Source: Candidatus Zambryskibacteria bacterium RIFCSPLOWO2_02_FULL_39_26
GTDB lineage: Bacteria > Patescibacteriota > Minisyncoccia > Phycocordibacterales > DATDWN01
DNA length: 60,852 nt
Direction: 5' to 3'
Assembly (NCBI GenBank): GCA_001825395.1
Contig: MHWN01000025.1
Span: forward strand, 1 to 60,852
This document shows, piece after piece, positions 1 through 8,921 of this stretch. The notes below the pieces were generated by a model that saw only the letters and a list, made by a program, of their open reading frames with translations, had not been told where the DNA came from and made no database searches. Each line of letters starts with the position of its first letter. Positions within the stretch are counted from its first letter, which is position 1. The position numbers and the translations under genes were made by a program.

Positions 1-1
1 A

Positions 2-259
2 CACAAAAAAATAGTTGGTAAAATTTTGGATAGAACAAAATCAGAATCAGAAAATACTAAAAAGGAAAAACAGGAAGATCGGACGGGTGCAAGTATCCAA
101 AATAACACAACCGCAGAATCTTCTTATAGCACTACCAGCGTAAAATTTGAAAATAAAGCGGAAATAAAAGTTTTGGAATCTCAATCTTTGGATTTGGAAA
201 ATGAAATTGACAAAAAAACTCCCCTATTTAGAGATATAATAGAAAAATACAGTTTCTAA
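2..259 (+). CDS. C-terminal fragment of a hypothetical protein (frame open to the left window edge)
   Basis: The frame of ORF 26..259 stays open back to nt 2. K/E/S/T-rich tail with no recognisable motif. Confidence 0.3.
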   Translation, partial: HKKIVGKILDRTKSESENTKKEKQEDRTGASIQNNTTAESSYSTTSVKFENKAEIKVLESQSLDLENEIDKKTPLFRDIIEKYSF

Positions 260-271
260 TGCACTTTACTT

Positions 272-586
272 ATGTCCACCTTTAGAACAACAACCCACTT
301 ATCGGAAATTCTTGAAGAGTCGGAAAAACAGCCAGTGGTTATTTTCAAATATTCAAGCAAATGCGGAAGCAGTGCGCGCCTGAAAGAAAAACTGGAGAAA
401 AAAATAGCGGACAAAATTTTGTCATCACCCGTTTATCTTGTCACTGTCCAAACTGAAAGGGTTTTATCGAATAAAATAGCCGAGTGGTTTGGTATCAAAC
501 ATGAATCTCCTCAAATATTTGTGATTGGCAAGGGTAAAATAATGTATACCGCCCATCATCATGCCATAGATACAAAGATGATATAA
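272..586 (+). CDS. YtxJ-like thioredoxin-fold protein (DUF2847, monothiol)
   Basis: About 100 aa with KYSSKCGSS (single Cys in the Trx-like position) and a conserved HESPQ motif typical of YtxJ. Confidence 0.65.
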   Translation: MSTFRTTTHLSEILEESEKQPVVIFKYSSKCGSSARLKEKLEKKIADKILSSPVYLVTVQTERVLSNKIAEWFGIKHESPQIFVIGKGKIMYTAHHHAIDTKMI

Positions 587-593
587 TGGCTCG

Positions 594-1493
594 ATGACTA
601 ACCCTTTGTACAAAAAAGAAGCCACGAAAATGGCCGTCAAAATCGCATCTATTACCTTCATTCTGACTTCTTTTAGTTTTGATGGATATGTCTTTTGGTT
701 GTTGAGAGACGAGAATATGGCCTTGAAAAACGAGCTTACTGGATTGGAAAGTTTTGCAAGCCAAACACAGACAAATTTAAATAAAACAAGGGTTGAAAAA
801 ACTTTATTGGAAAACGCCCTGCAAGACGAGAAGCAAATTAACCTTTCTTTCCAAGACCAAATCCAGGGTATAATCGGCACGGTCAGCGTTTTGGAAAAAC
901 TAAGCAAGACAGATACCGAGCTTTTAAAGAAATATTCAAAGATTTATTTTTTGAATGAAAATTATATCCCGGAAAGATTGGTAGTCATTGACAAATCCTA
1001 TCTTCTTGAACAAAGCAGAAGTTTACTGATGCATGAAAAAGTTTGGCCTTACCTTAAAACTCTTTTGGATAATGCCCAAAATGAAGGAGTGACGATACAA
1101 ATAGCTTCGGCTTACAGGTCGTTTGGCGATCAGGCTGGAATTAAATCCGCCAACAAAGTGACTTATGGCGCGGGAACGGCCAACAAATTTTCGGCTGATC
1201 AAGGCTATTCTGAACACCAACTGGGAACAACTCTGGATTTCACCACTTCCAAAATTGGTGCGACCCTTAGCGGTTTTGACAAAACCGAAGCTTACACTTG
1301 GCTTTTAGGTAACGCTTATAAATATGGGTTTGTCATATCCTATCCAAAGGAAAACAAGTATTATATATTTGAATCGTGGCATTGGAGATTCGTCGGGGTG
1401 GTTTTAGCCACAAAAATTCACGACCAAAGCACTTACTTTTATGCTTTGGACCAACGCGATATAAACCAATACCTAGTCAATATTTTTGATTAA
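594..1493 (+). CDS. Peptidase M15B (VanY-like D-alanyl-D-alanine carboxypeptidase), membrane-anchored
   Basis: Motifs SAYRSF..Q, SEHQLGTTLD and ESWHWRFVG; N-terminal TM helix followed by a coiled coil. Confidence 0.85.
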   Translation: MTNPLYKKEATKMAVKIASITFILTSFSFDGYVFWLLRDENMALKNELTGLESFASQTQTNLNKTRVEKTLLENALQDEKQINLSFQDQIQGIIGTVSVLEKLSKTDTELLKKYSKIYFLNENYIPERLVVIDKSYLLEQSRSLLMHEKVWPYLKTLLDNAQNEGVTIQIASAYRSFGDQAGIKSANKVTYGAGTANKFSADQGYSEHQLGTTLDFTTSKIGATLSGFDKTEAYTWLLGNAYKYGFVISYPKENKYYIFESWHWRFVGVVLATKIHDQSTYFYALDQRDINQYLVNIFD

Positions 1494-1507
1494 AATCAAG
1501 ACTTAAA

Positions 1508-1717
1508 TTATATTTGTTGACCGCCGGACATACAATTTTTGCACCTATTTTTGTGCGTAAACACTTCATATAATGCCGCTAGCCCAACTAGGAGATATAC
1601 TATTACGGCTATTTGGCTACCGAGCATATCAACAACATTATAGCCTAGAGCATCTAAGCCCCAGTTAAGGCCTCCTATTATGAGGAGGATAAAGGTGATT
1701 GTGTGTAATGATTTCAT
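1508..1717 (-). CDS. DUF378 small membrane protein
   Basis: 69 aa with the IGGLNWGL motif and two TM helices. Confidence 0.75.
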   Translation of the reverse strand: MKSLHTITFILLIIGGLNWGLDALGYNVVDMLGSQIAVIVYLLVGLAALYEVFTHKNRCKNCMSGGQQI

Positions 1718-1807
1718 AAAATATTATAAACATTAATGATAAACCTTCATATTAATTATAATACCTGTATATAAAAAAGCACTACCTGCCTGTGTATTAC
1801 TTTTGGC

Positions 1808-2347
1808 TCAAACTCTGCTATTTATGTTGTGCTGGCTGAATATAACCCGACGGACTCTTTCCGGATTTCTAACTGTATTCATAAAAAAATCGTAATTATC
1901 TTCGCTGGCCGTCTGAACCCGAACATTGCCGAAATTGAGCAGGGTGGCGAAAAAACCCTTCACATCTATGGTCACATCCTGGATTTTATCAAAGCGCAGG
2001 TTGGAAACTCCTCTGTTGAAAATATGTCTTTGATCAATGGCGATAATGCGTTTTTCCGTAACATACCAAACATCCAAGTAATACTTCGTCCAATCGACAA
2101 AAAATGAAACCCAGAGAACTAATAGCCATAAAGTATAGATAAATAAAAACAAGGCAGATGAGTTGCCAGGTATGGATATGCTGGAGAGAAGTTGTGGCAT
2201 AAAAAATTCTATAAGGACAAACAGTACAAACGGCAAAAAAGCGGCGAGAAGAAGACCTAAAGCGTGGACAAAGAAAACAATCCAATGTTTTCTAACTTCC
2301 ATAATGACGTGCTCGTCGGAATCCAAATTTAAGGCTTTGTGTGTCAT
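1808..2347 (-). CDS. Bacterial PH-domain (bPH_2/YdbT-like) membrane protein
   Basis: Two TM helices followed by YVTEKRII...NLRFDKIQDV...FGNVRVQTA. Start placed at internal Met10 (MTHKALN). Confidence 0.7.
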   Translation of the reverse strand: MTHKALNLDSDEHVIMEVRKHWIVFFVHALGLLLAAFLPFVLFVLIEFFMPQLLSSISIPGNSSALFLFIYTLWLLVLWVSFFVDWTKYYLDVWYVTEKRIIAIDQRHIFNRGVSNLRFDKIQDVTIDVKGFFATLLNFGNVRVQTASEDNYDFFMNTVRNPERVRRVIFSQHNINSRV

Positions 2348-2404
2348 AGATAGAATCCACCTCAAAAATAACATTTATAAAATAGCACAAATCATGTGAC
2401 TATC

Positions 2405-2508
2405 CAAATAACAAAATTCCGGCCAAAAAAGGAGTTTCGTCAGTCGTTCGTATGTCACATACGCCTCCCTCCTCATCCTCTTTTTTTGCCTCGAAATTTT
2501 GTTATTTG
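2405..2508. repeat. Imperfect palindromic intergenic element
   Basis: TIR caaataacaaaatt (2405-2418) and aattttgttatttg (2495-2508), with partly self-complementary internal arms. Confidence 0.6.
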
Positions 2509-2535
2509 TATTAGTCATTATTTTTGAGTTGGATT

Positions 2536-2802
2536 CTAAAAATAAAATATTGCCAAACTGGAAATCATAAATAAGACAAGCGAAACTGAAATAAACAATG
2601 TCTCACCTACCAAAATACCGGGGCTTCTCATGCCGTAAGCTGACCAATGGTACATAAGAATGATTGACAGAATCAGATAAAATATAAAAAACAAAAGCAA
2701 AATAACAAAAAGGGCTGTTGGGTTGATAAAAAAGGACAACGAAATGGTCGGCAGAGAGAAAAGACTTCCGTCAAAAAGAGAATATGGTGCGTCGGTTGGC
2801 AT
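2536..2802 (-). CDS. Hypothetical small membrane protein
   Basis: 88-aa ORF with three hydrophobic helices and no recognisable motif. Confidence 0.4.
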   Translation of the reverse strand: MPTDAPYSLFDGSLFSLPTISLSFFINPTALFVILLLFFIFYLILSIILMYHWSAYGMRSPGILVGETLFISVSLVLFMISSLAIFYF

Positions 2803-2851
2803 GGTTAAATTATATCAGAAAAAGACCTGGAACCCCTCCCTTATCCACAAA

Positions 2852-3451
2852 TCACTCCTGGATTTCATTCCTTTTCCAATAATTTTTGACATACTTGTTA
2901 AGAATTTTATAGATAACAAACAATAGTACCAGACAAATGACCGTCAAACTAATGTAACCTAAATATCCGTCAATTTTTTGATAAGAGTTGCCAAGATAGT
3001 AGCCCAGAAGCATAAGAACAAATGTTTTTGGAAGAGCTCCGATTATGTTTAAAACAATAAACTCAAAATAGTTGACTTTGGCCACACCGGCAAAAATGTG
3101 AACCATCCAGCCGATGCCGTGCGAAATTTTGGCGATAAAAATAGTCTTGACTTTGTGTTTTCTAAAATGGTCCTCTAAAAATTTTTTACTGTTTTCGTTG
3201 TAGTCCCAACGGCTTATTCGCCTTTTAATCCAAACGGAGTTGCGCCAATACCTGCCGGCAAGATAGTATAATGTGCATCCGGTTATATCGGAAAGAACTA
3301 AAGTGATATAGGCAAAAAGAAAACTGAAAAAACCGAGATGAGCGAGAAAGCCGGAAATGATAGTAATGATCGGTCCTTCTATTACAGCAATTGGAAAAAC
3401 TACAAAATATTTATAATGGGCCAGTATAAAAAAAATATCATTTGAAAACAT
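2852..3451 (-). CDS. DedA/VTT-domain membrane protein
   Basis: IAVIEGPIITIISGFLA and LAGRYW motifs. Start placed at Met28 of the tracked ORF. Confidence 0.75.
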   Translation of the reverse strand: MFSNDIFFILAHYKYFVVFPIAVIEGPIITIISGFLAHLGFFSFLFAYITLVLSDITGCTLYYLAGRYWRNSVWIKRRISRWDYNENSKKFLEDHFRKHKVKTIFIAKISHGIGWMVHIFAGVAKVNYFEFIVLNIIGALPKTFVLMLLGYYLGNSYQKIDGYLGYISLTVICLVLLFVIYKILNKYVKNYWKRNEIQE

Positions 3452-3699
3452 AGTAATGTATTTAATATAATTTTGACAGAATTTTATTAAACTGTAAAGT
3501 TGGTGCAGGAGGCTATATGACCCCAGAAACAATTGGTAATCTGGTCATCAATTCTGTTGCAACTTTTTTTACCATTCTTGTGGCATTCACTTTACAAATT
3601 GAGCAAAATTTGCTTTCTCTGTTTGAATATAAATTGAGTTTTTAACAGACTCACTTTTGTTAATTAAATAGATCTTTTTAATTAAGTATCGAGTTAAAT

Positions 3700-3749
3700 A
3701 TCCTAACTTAGCATTAGTCTACGACCGTTTACTAATGCTAAGTTAGGAT
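3700..3749. promoter_or_regulatory. Perfect hairpin carrying TAGCATTAGT-N12-ACTAATGCTA, overlapping the stop codon of the PaaX-like gene
   Basis: atcctaacttagcattagt-ctacgaccgttt-actaatgctaagttaggat. Shares its inverted-repeat core with 4314..4351. Confidence 0.7.
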
Positions 3750-4306
3750 AAATTAAACCTATTAATTAAATGTTGTTCGTTATCTATTTTATCAGCTAGA
3801 ATAAAACGCACATATTTTCTAGCATCGTAAAATTCTACAATAAATTCAACTTCCTTATTGCAAGGATAGGGGCACACTAAAACTGATTTTTGAAGTTCAA
3901 CAAGTCCCAACTGGCGGAAATGGAAACGCAACGAATTGCGTAATTTTTTTAATCTTTCAGGAACATCAAACATCACTACTCGCCATTTTTTATCCCATTG
4001 GCGCGGTTTTTTGATTTTCATTTTATCAATATTGAACCGCAAAGCTTCCCGCTTACCGTTTTCGCTTAAAATCAAAGTCATTGTCCCGTCTTCATGATAT
4101 TCTTCTTTTACTAGACGAGAAGTGCGTAAGGAGCCAACCGCTCTATTTAATGCTTGACGGTTAATCTTTCCCCACTCTTTAGGTATTTGTTTTAGTATCT
4201 GTAAATGTTTCTTGGGTGACTTGGTCAAACTTAACGCGAGACCCGCGTACAATATTAAAAGTATTTTCTTTTTTAACTTTCCTATTCTTTGGTCGTTTTG
4301 TTTCAT
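3743..4306 (-). CDS. PaaX-like / Cas2-fold domain protein (putative DNA-binding regulator)
   Basis: N-terminal wHTH-like region. C-terminal WDKKWRVVMFDVPE..LR..LR..L..LG...LQKSV pattern shared by the PaaX C-terminal and Cas2-like folds. Confidence 0.6.
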   Translation of the reverse strand: MKQNDQRIGKLKKKILLILYAGLALSLTKSPKKHLQILKQIPKEWGKINRQALNRAVGSLRTSRLVKEEYHEDGTMTLILSENGKREALRFNIDKMKIKKPRQWDKKWRVVMFDVPERLKKLRNSLRFHFRQLGLVELQKSVLVCPYPCNKEVEFIVEFYDARKYVRFILADKIDNEQHLINRFNLS

Positions 4307-4313
4307 ATATCAA

Positions 4314-4351
4314 TTATAGCATTAGTATGCGATCGCACACTAATGCTATAA
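4314..4351. promoter_or_regulatory. Second copy of the TAGCATTAGT-N12-ACTAATGCTA palindrome, 8 nt upstream of the PaaX-like start
   Basis: ttatagcattagt-atgcgatcgcac-actaatgctataa. Lies in the divergent region shared with typA. Confidence 0.7.
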
Positions 4352-4610
4352 ATCTTCGGTTAAAAACAATTTAAATAAATTAAATAAACAGGTATAGTAT
4401 AGTCGAAAATGAAAACGAATTGCCGTGCATGATATTTTGATATTTTAACCTCTAAGTGTTACAGAGGTCATGATACATTGCCTCACGATATTGACTCTGT
4501 ACCAAAAATTTGCTTTAATGAAAGTGACAGACCCGGCCAACGGCCGGTTTTAAAGTCAGGACAAAGTAAGCCAAGCTCGGAGAATTTTAGACCTTGAATG
4601 ACTCTAAAAT

Positions 4611-6383
4611 ATGGAGATAAGAAATATAGCGATTATTGCGCATGTGGATCACGGCAAAACCACCCTAACCGACGCCCTAATGCGTCAAACTGGTATGGTG
4701 GCCGAGGGTGTAACCATGGATTCAAACGTTTTGGAACTTGAACGCGGCATTACCATATATGCCAAAAACACCTCCATTTACTACCCTTCAGCAAGTTCAG
4801 GGCGAGCCCGAACAAAGATTAACATTGTGGACACTCCCGGTCACTCGGATTTCGGCTCTGAAGTTGAACGGGTATTGCGTTCTATTGATTCCGTCCTGCT
4901 TTTAGTTGACGCTCAGGAAGGGCCAATGCCTCAAACCAGATTTGTTTTGAAAAAATCTCTTGAGCTTGGATTGAAACCGATCGTTATTATAAACAAAATT
5001 GACAAACTGGCAGCAAGACCTATGGAAGTTCACGAATTAGTTTTGGAATTATTTTTAGAGCTCGGAGCAAACGAGGAGCAGCTTGACTTCACTACTGTCT
5101 ATACCATCAGCCGAGAGGGCATTGCTAAAATGAAATTGACCGACCAAAGCTATGACCTCACTCCCCTTCTTGAAACCATTCTTTCAAAAGTCCCGCCAGC
5201 CAAAGCCGATGTCAATTTACCTGCCAGACTTCAATCCTTTAATTTGGCATACGATAATTTCCTCGGTAGACTGGCTATTTGCAGAGTTTACGAAGGAAAA
5301 TTAAAGATTGGCGATCCTGTTTTCCTAAAACAAAGAGACGGTAAGACTATCACCGGAAAACTAACAAAGATTTTCAGTTTTGAAGGGCTCAAACGAGTGG
5401 AAATTCCGGAAGCTATGGCCGGAGATATTGTCATGATTGCCGGATTGCCGGATGTCTATATCGGAGAAACCATTTGCAGTGACGAGAGTGCCCGGCTTTT
5501 GCCGTCCATAAACATTGACGAGCCGACCATCTCTTTGAATTTCATGGTCAACGACTCACCGTTTGCCGGCCGCGATGGAAAATTCGTCACTGGCAGACAA
5601 ATCCGAGAGAGATTGCAAAAAGAGCTTGAGATAAATGTCGGATTGAAAATTAACTGGAGCCAGAGTGATTTTTTTACGGTTTACGGTAGGGGAGAATTAC
5701 ACATTGCCATCCTTTTAGAAAATATGCGTCGTGAAGGTTATGAACTGCAGGTTTCCCAGCCTCAAGTTATAATAAAAGAAATAAACGGCTTCCAAATGGA
5801 ACCGTTTGAGGAAGTGACGGTGGATGTCTCTGATGAATTGGCAAGTTCAATAATTGCCAAACTGACAGAGAGAAAGGGAATTTTAATGAATGTCAAACAA
5901 GCTCACGGCCATCAAAGACTATTGTTTGAAATACCGACCCGAGGGCTTTTAGGATATCGGGGACAATTTATCATTGACACGAAAGGTAATGGCATTTTGT
6001 CATCCCGATTTATTGAATTTAGAAAGTATGTCGGCCATATAAAAAAAGGAAGCTACGGTTCAATGGTTTCAATGGCTAATGGCAAGGCTTTGGCTTTCGC
6101 CTTGGACAACCTACAGCAAAGAGGAACATTGTATATTGAGCCAGGAGTAGAAGTTTATGAAGGCATGGTCATAGGTAATGTTTCCAAAGGCGAAGACCTG
6201 ACCGTCAATCCGACAAAAGGCAAGCAACTGACAAATATGCGCGCCTCCGGATCGGACGATAGCGTTTATCTGGCCGCAACGATCAAACTGGATATTGAAA
6301 AAGCTATGGAAATAATGGCCGAAGACGAATATATTGAAATCACTCCAAAAGCGGTCAGACTGCGAAAGAAAATCGCAAAATGA
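4611..6383 (+). CDS. typA: Translational GTPase TypA/BipA
   Basis: AHVDHGKTT, DTPGH and NKID G-motifs; full-length BipA-like architecture of 590 aa. Confidence 0.95.
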   Translation: MEIRNIAIIAHVDHGKTTLTDALMRQTGMVAEGVTMDSNVLELERGITIYAKNTSIYYPSASSGRARTKINIVDTPGHSDFGSEVERVLRSIDSVLLLVDAQEGPMPQTRFVLKKSLELGLKPIVIINKIDKLAARPMEVHELVLELFLELGANEEQLDFTTVYTISREGIAKMKLTDQSYDLTPLLETILSKVPPAKADVNLPARLQSFNLAYDNFLGRLAICRVYEGKLKIGDPVFLKQRDGKTITGKLTKIFSFEGLKRVEIPEAMAGDIVMIAGLPDVYIGETICSDESARLLPSINIDEPTISLNFMVNDSPFAGRDGKFVTGRQIRERLQKELEINVGLKINWSQSDFFTVYGRGELHIAILLENMRREGYELQVSQPQVIIKEINGFQMEPFEEVTVDVSDELASSIIAKLTERKGILMNVKQAHGHQRLLFEIPTRGLLGYRGQFIIDTKGNGILSSRFIEFRKYVGHIKKGSYGSMVSMANGKALAFALDNLQQRGTLYIEPGVEVYEGMVIGNVSKGEDLTVNPTKGKQLTNMRASGSDDSVYLAATIKLDIEKAMEIMAEDEYIEITPKAVRLRKKIAK

Positions 6384-6384
6384 A

Positions 6385-7158
6385 CTACAGACAATTTTCA
6401 ATACCAAAATCTCCTACCTTGGTTCTCTTGATATGAAAAATAGTGGCAATTGTGCCGAAAATTTTGGCAATATCTTGAGCAAATTGACGAACATAAAAAC
6501 CGCTTGAAACTTCCATGGAAATGGTATCTATGATAAATTCCCTTTCCTGTTTGCGACCCAATACTTCTTTCCATTTTTCTATAATTTCCTTCTGCCTGAA
6601 ATCGCCCACCACTAAAGATATTTTGGAAATTATATCTTTTAACAACTCTTCACCGGAAACAGTCCGGCGAGAAATAAAACTGGCGTTAAATATTTCTACC
6701 TGGTGTTTAGGAATTTTAATTTTTCCAAGTTTTCCTTCTTTAGCCCACATAAAAAGCGGTTTGCCCGCCACGGCTTTTGAAGAATAGGCCGGATAGGACT
6801 GTTCAAAAATTCCCGACAGTTTTAACACTGTCAAGACCTCCGATTCTCCCGGGACATTTGGATTTCCTCCCCTTGATATTCCCAAAACATCCAAAGTGTC
6901 AGTTTCAATGCCCCACAGCAAATCGAAGGTGTAACATTTTGGCAAATTCAGATATTTATCTTTTTCCAAAATCTTTTCTCCCGACAAAACCAGAAGCAGA
7001 CCCTCGGCCAAAGGATCAAGCCGCCCGGCATAGGTTATGGGTTTTTCATTATACTCCCGGTTCTTGTTTTTAAATCTCAATAGAGCCTGGTTGGGAGTCT
7101 CGCCAAGCTCTTTATATACCAAATGTATAGTATTATCTCTTGGACTATTTTTTTCCAT
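6385..7158 (-). CDS. truB: tRNA pseudouridine(55) synthase TruB
   Basis: GRLDPLAEGLLLVL catalytic Asp motif. Start placed at Met12 (MEKNS) to avoid overlapping hisS. Confidence 0.85.
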   Translation of the reverse strand: MEKNSPRDNTIHLVYKELGETPNQALLRFKNKNREYNEKPITYAGRLDPLAEGLLLVLSGEKILEKDKYLNLPKCYTFDLLWGIETDTLDVLGISRGGNPNVPGESEVLTVLKLSGIFEQSYPAYSSKAVAGKPLFMWAKEGKLGKIKIPKHQVEIFNASFISRRTVSGEELLKDIISKISLVVGDFRQKEIIEKWKEVLGRKQEREFIIDTISMEVSSGFYVRQFAQDIAKIFGTIATIFHIKRTKVGDFGIENCL

Positions 7159-7180
7159 ATATTCTGATAGAATAACCCAT

Positions 7181-8155
7181 ATGTCTAACAAATCAAAACT
7201 CTCTACGGAAAGTTACAAAGGGGTCAGGGATTTCTACCCTGAGGATATGGCTATTCAAAACTATATTTTTGAAGTATGGCGCAAAACTGCCAAGAGTTTC
7301 GGTTATGTTGAATATGGTGCATCCATCTTAGAACCAGCCGAACTTTACAGAACAAAATCAAGCGAAGAAATAGTGAACGACCAAATGTTTACTTTTAAAG
7401 ATCGTGGCGACCGGGAGGTGGCTCTTCGTCCAGAAATGACTCCAACTTTGGCTCGCATGATAGCTGGAAAACGCAAATCTATTAAGTTCCCCTTGCGATG
7501 GTTTTCTATGCCAAATCTTTTTCGTTACGAAAAACCTCAAAGGGGCAGGAAGCGAGAGCACTGGCAGTTAAACTGTGACGTCTTAGGAATAGTTGGTATT
7601 GAAGCAGAAGTGGAAATTCTTTCCTTAGCTTGCTCTATTATGAAAGCTTTTGGAGCAAAAGATAAAGATTTTGAGATTAGAGTTAATGATCGGGGACTTT
7701 TTGAAGAGGTTTTTGAAAGAGTTGGTGGTGTGTCAAAAAGCACTAAAGAAATGGTTATTCGTCTTTTAGACAAACAAGAAAAAATCGATAATTTTAATGA
7801 AGAAATGATTAGACATTTAGGCCATGAAAAAAAGGAGTTATTTTTGGAATTACTAGAAAAAACAAAATCAACTAAAAGACTAGACGAGATAAAAGGTATT
7901 CTAATTTCAAAAGGAATATCAAATGTTGTCATAGACACAAAAATAGCACGAGGTTTTGATTACTACACAGGTATGGTTTTTGAAGTGTTTGACGCACACA
8001 AAGACAATAATCGTTCCCTTTTTGGCGGTGGTCGTTATGACAACTTACTTGAAATATTTGGCGTGGAACCTGTTCCAGCAGTCGGTTTTGGCATGGGAGA
8101 TGTAACTATTCGCGACTTTCTCGAAACACACAATTTGCAAACATGCGAAAAATAG
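7181..8155 (+). CDS. hisS: Histidyl-tRNA synthetase, catalytic core only (no C-terminal anticodon-binding domain)
   Basis: Motif 2 FRYEKPQRGRKREHWQ, RGFDYYTG, GGGRYD and motif 3 GFGMG. The ORF ends about 20 aa after motif 3. Start at internal Met (MSNKSK). Confidence 0.85.
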   Translation: MSNKSKLSTESYKGVRDFYPEDMAIQNYIFEVWRKTAKSFGYVEYGASILEPAELYRTKSSEEIVNDQMFTFKDRGDREVALRPEMTPTLARMIAGKRKSIKFPLRWFSMPNLFRYEKPQRGRKREHWQLNCDVLGIVGIEAEVEILSLACSIMKAFGAKDKDFEIRVNDRGLFEEVFERVGGVSKSTKEMVIRLLDKQEKIDNFNEEMIRHLGHEKKELFLELLEKTKSTKRLDEIKGILISKGISNVVIDTKIARGFDYYTGMVFEVFDAHKDNNRSLFGGGRYDNLLEIFGVEPVPAVGFGMGDVTIRDFLETHNLQTCEK

Positions 8156-8724
8156 TCTTTGATATTGAAACTAAAAATATCTTCCAGGATGTGGGGTCAA
8201 ATGATCCTGCTGATTTGGATATTTCTGTTGTGGGGCTGTACGACTACGAAACAAACACTTATCAAAGTTTCATTGAGGAAGAGTTTGAGAAAATGTGGCA
8301 GATTTTAGAGAAAGCTGACCTACTTATCACCTACAACGGCGATCATTTTGATATACCACTACTAAATAAATACTTTAAAAAAGCGGGGCGTGGAGACCTT
8401 TCTAAACTGCGCTCGCTAGATATCCTGAAAGAACTGCGAAACGCTTATGGTAGAAGGATGAAGCTGGACCAAGTAGCTGAAGGAACATTTGGAATAAACA
8501 AACAAGGAAATGGTTTAGAAGCTGTTAACTGGTGGCGAAACGGTGAGATTGAGAGAGTTCGAAAATATTGTTTGGAAGACGTAAAACTGACAAAAGATGT
8601 TTATGAATACGCCATGAAAAATAAAAAACTGATTTTCAAAGAAGGGCCTTTCACCAAAGAAATAAAATTAGAAACAAAACATTGGGAACCAGTGTCGGAA
8701 GTAAAAACTAAAAGTTTGTTTTAG
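8143..8724 (+). CDS. RNase H-fold 3-5 exonuclease (DEDD, YprB/PolB-exo-like)
   Basis: FDIET (ExoI), YNGDHFDIPLL (ExoII) and CLEDVKLTKDVY (ExoIII-like). Confidence 0.6.
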   Translation: MRKIVFDIETKNIFQDVGSNDPADLDISVVGLYDYETNTYQSFIEEEFEKMWQILEKADLLITYNGDHFDIPLLNKYFKKAGRGDLSKLRSLDILKELRNAYGRRMKLDQVAEGTFGINKQGNGLEAVNWWRNGEIERVRKYCLEDVKLTKDVYEYAMKNKKLIFKEGPFTKEIKLETKHWEPVSEVKTKSLF

Positions 8725-8728
8725 AATC

Positions 8729-8856
8729 AACAAAATCTCTTTCTCGTCTTTATTTTTTCTAGTAACAGAATAATTTTCTGCTGAAAATTTTCTTTCTGCT
8801 CACTTTTTCACAGGTTCCGCAGATACTAGAAAAAATAATAACTCGAATAGATTTTG
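8729..8856 (+). repeat. Stop-adjacent structured repeat, internally deleted copy (copy 3)
   Basis: Reverse complement matches both ends of 14669..14870 and 44508..44714 but lacks about 75 central nt. Begins 4 nt after the stop at 8724. Confidence 0.8.
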
Positions 8857-8874
8857 AAATATTTTTTGTATAAG

Positions 8875-8906
8875 AAAAAACGGCCAGTGGGGTTTCCACT
8901 AGCCGT
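8875..8906 (-). terminator. Rho-independent terminator of the GC-rich orphan gene
   Basis: Hairpin cggccagtgg/cactagccg followed by a T-run on the minus strand. Confidence 0.7.
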
Positions 8907-8921
8907 GTTGTACTCGCCGAA

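Noticed and set aside
3743-4306. Cas2-like signature as evidence of a CRISPR-Cas locus.
   Set aside because: No repeat-spacer array and no other cas genes are present anywhere in the window. The pattern is shared with PaaX-type regulators.
7037-7191. The long N-terminal extensions of hisS (from 7037) and truB (to 7191), which would overlap each other.
   Set aside because: The conserved domains begin at the internal Met codons 7181 and 7158. The extensions are hydrophobic or low-complexity read-through of the divergent intergenic region.
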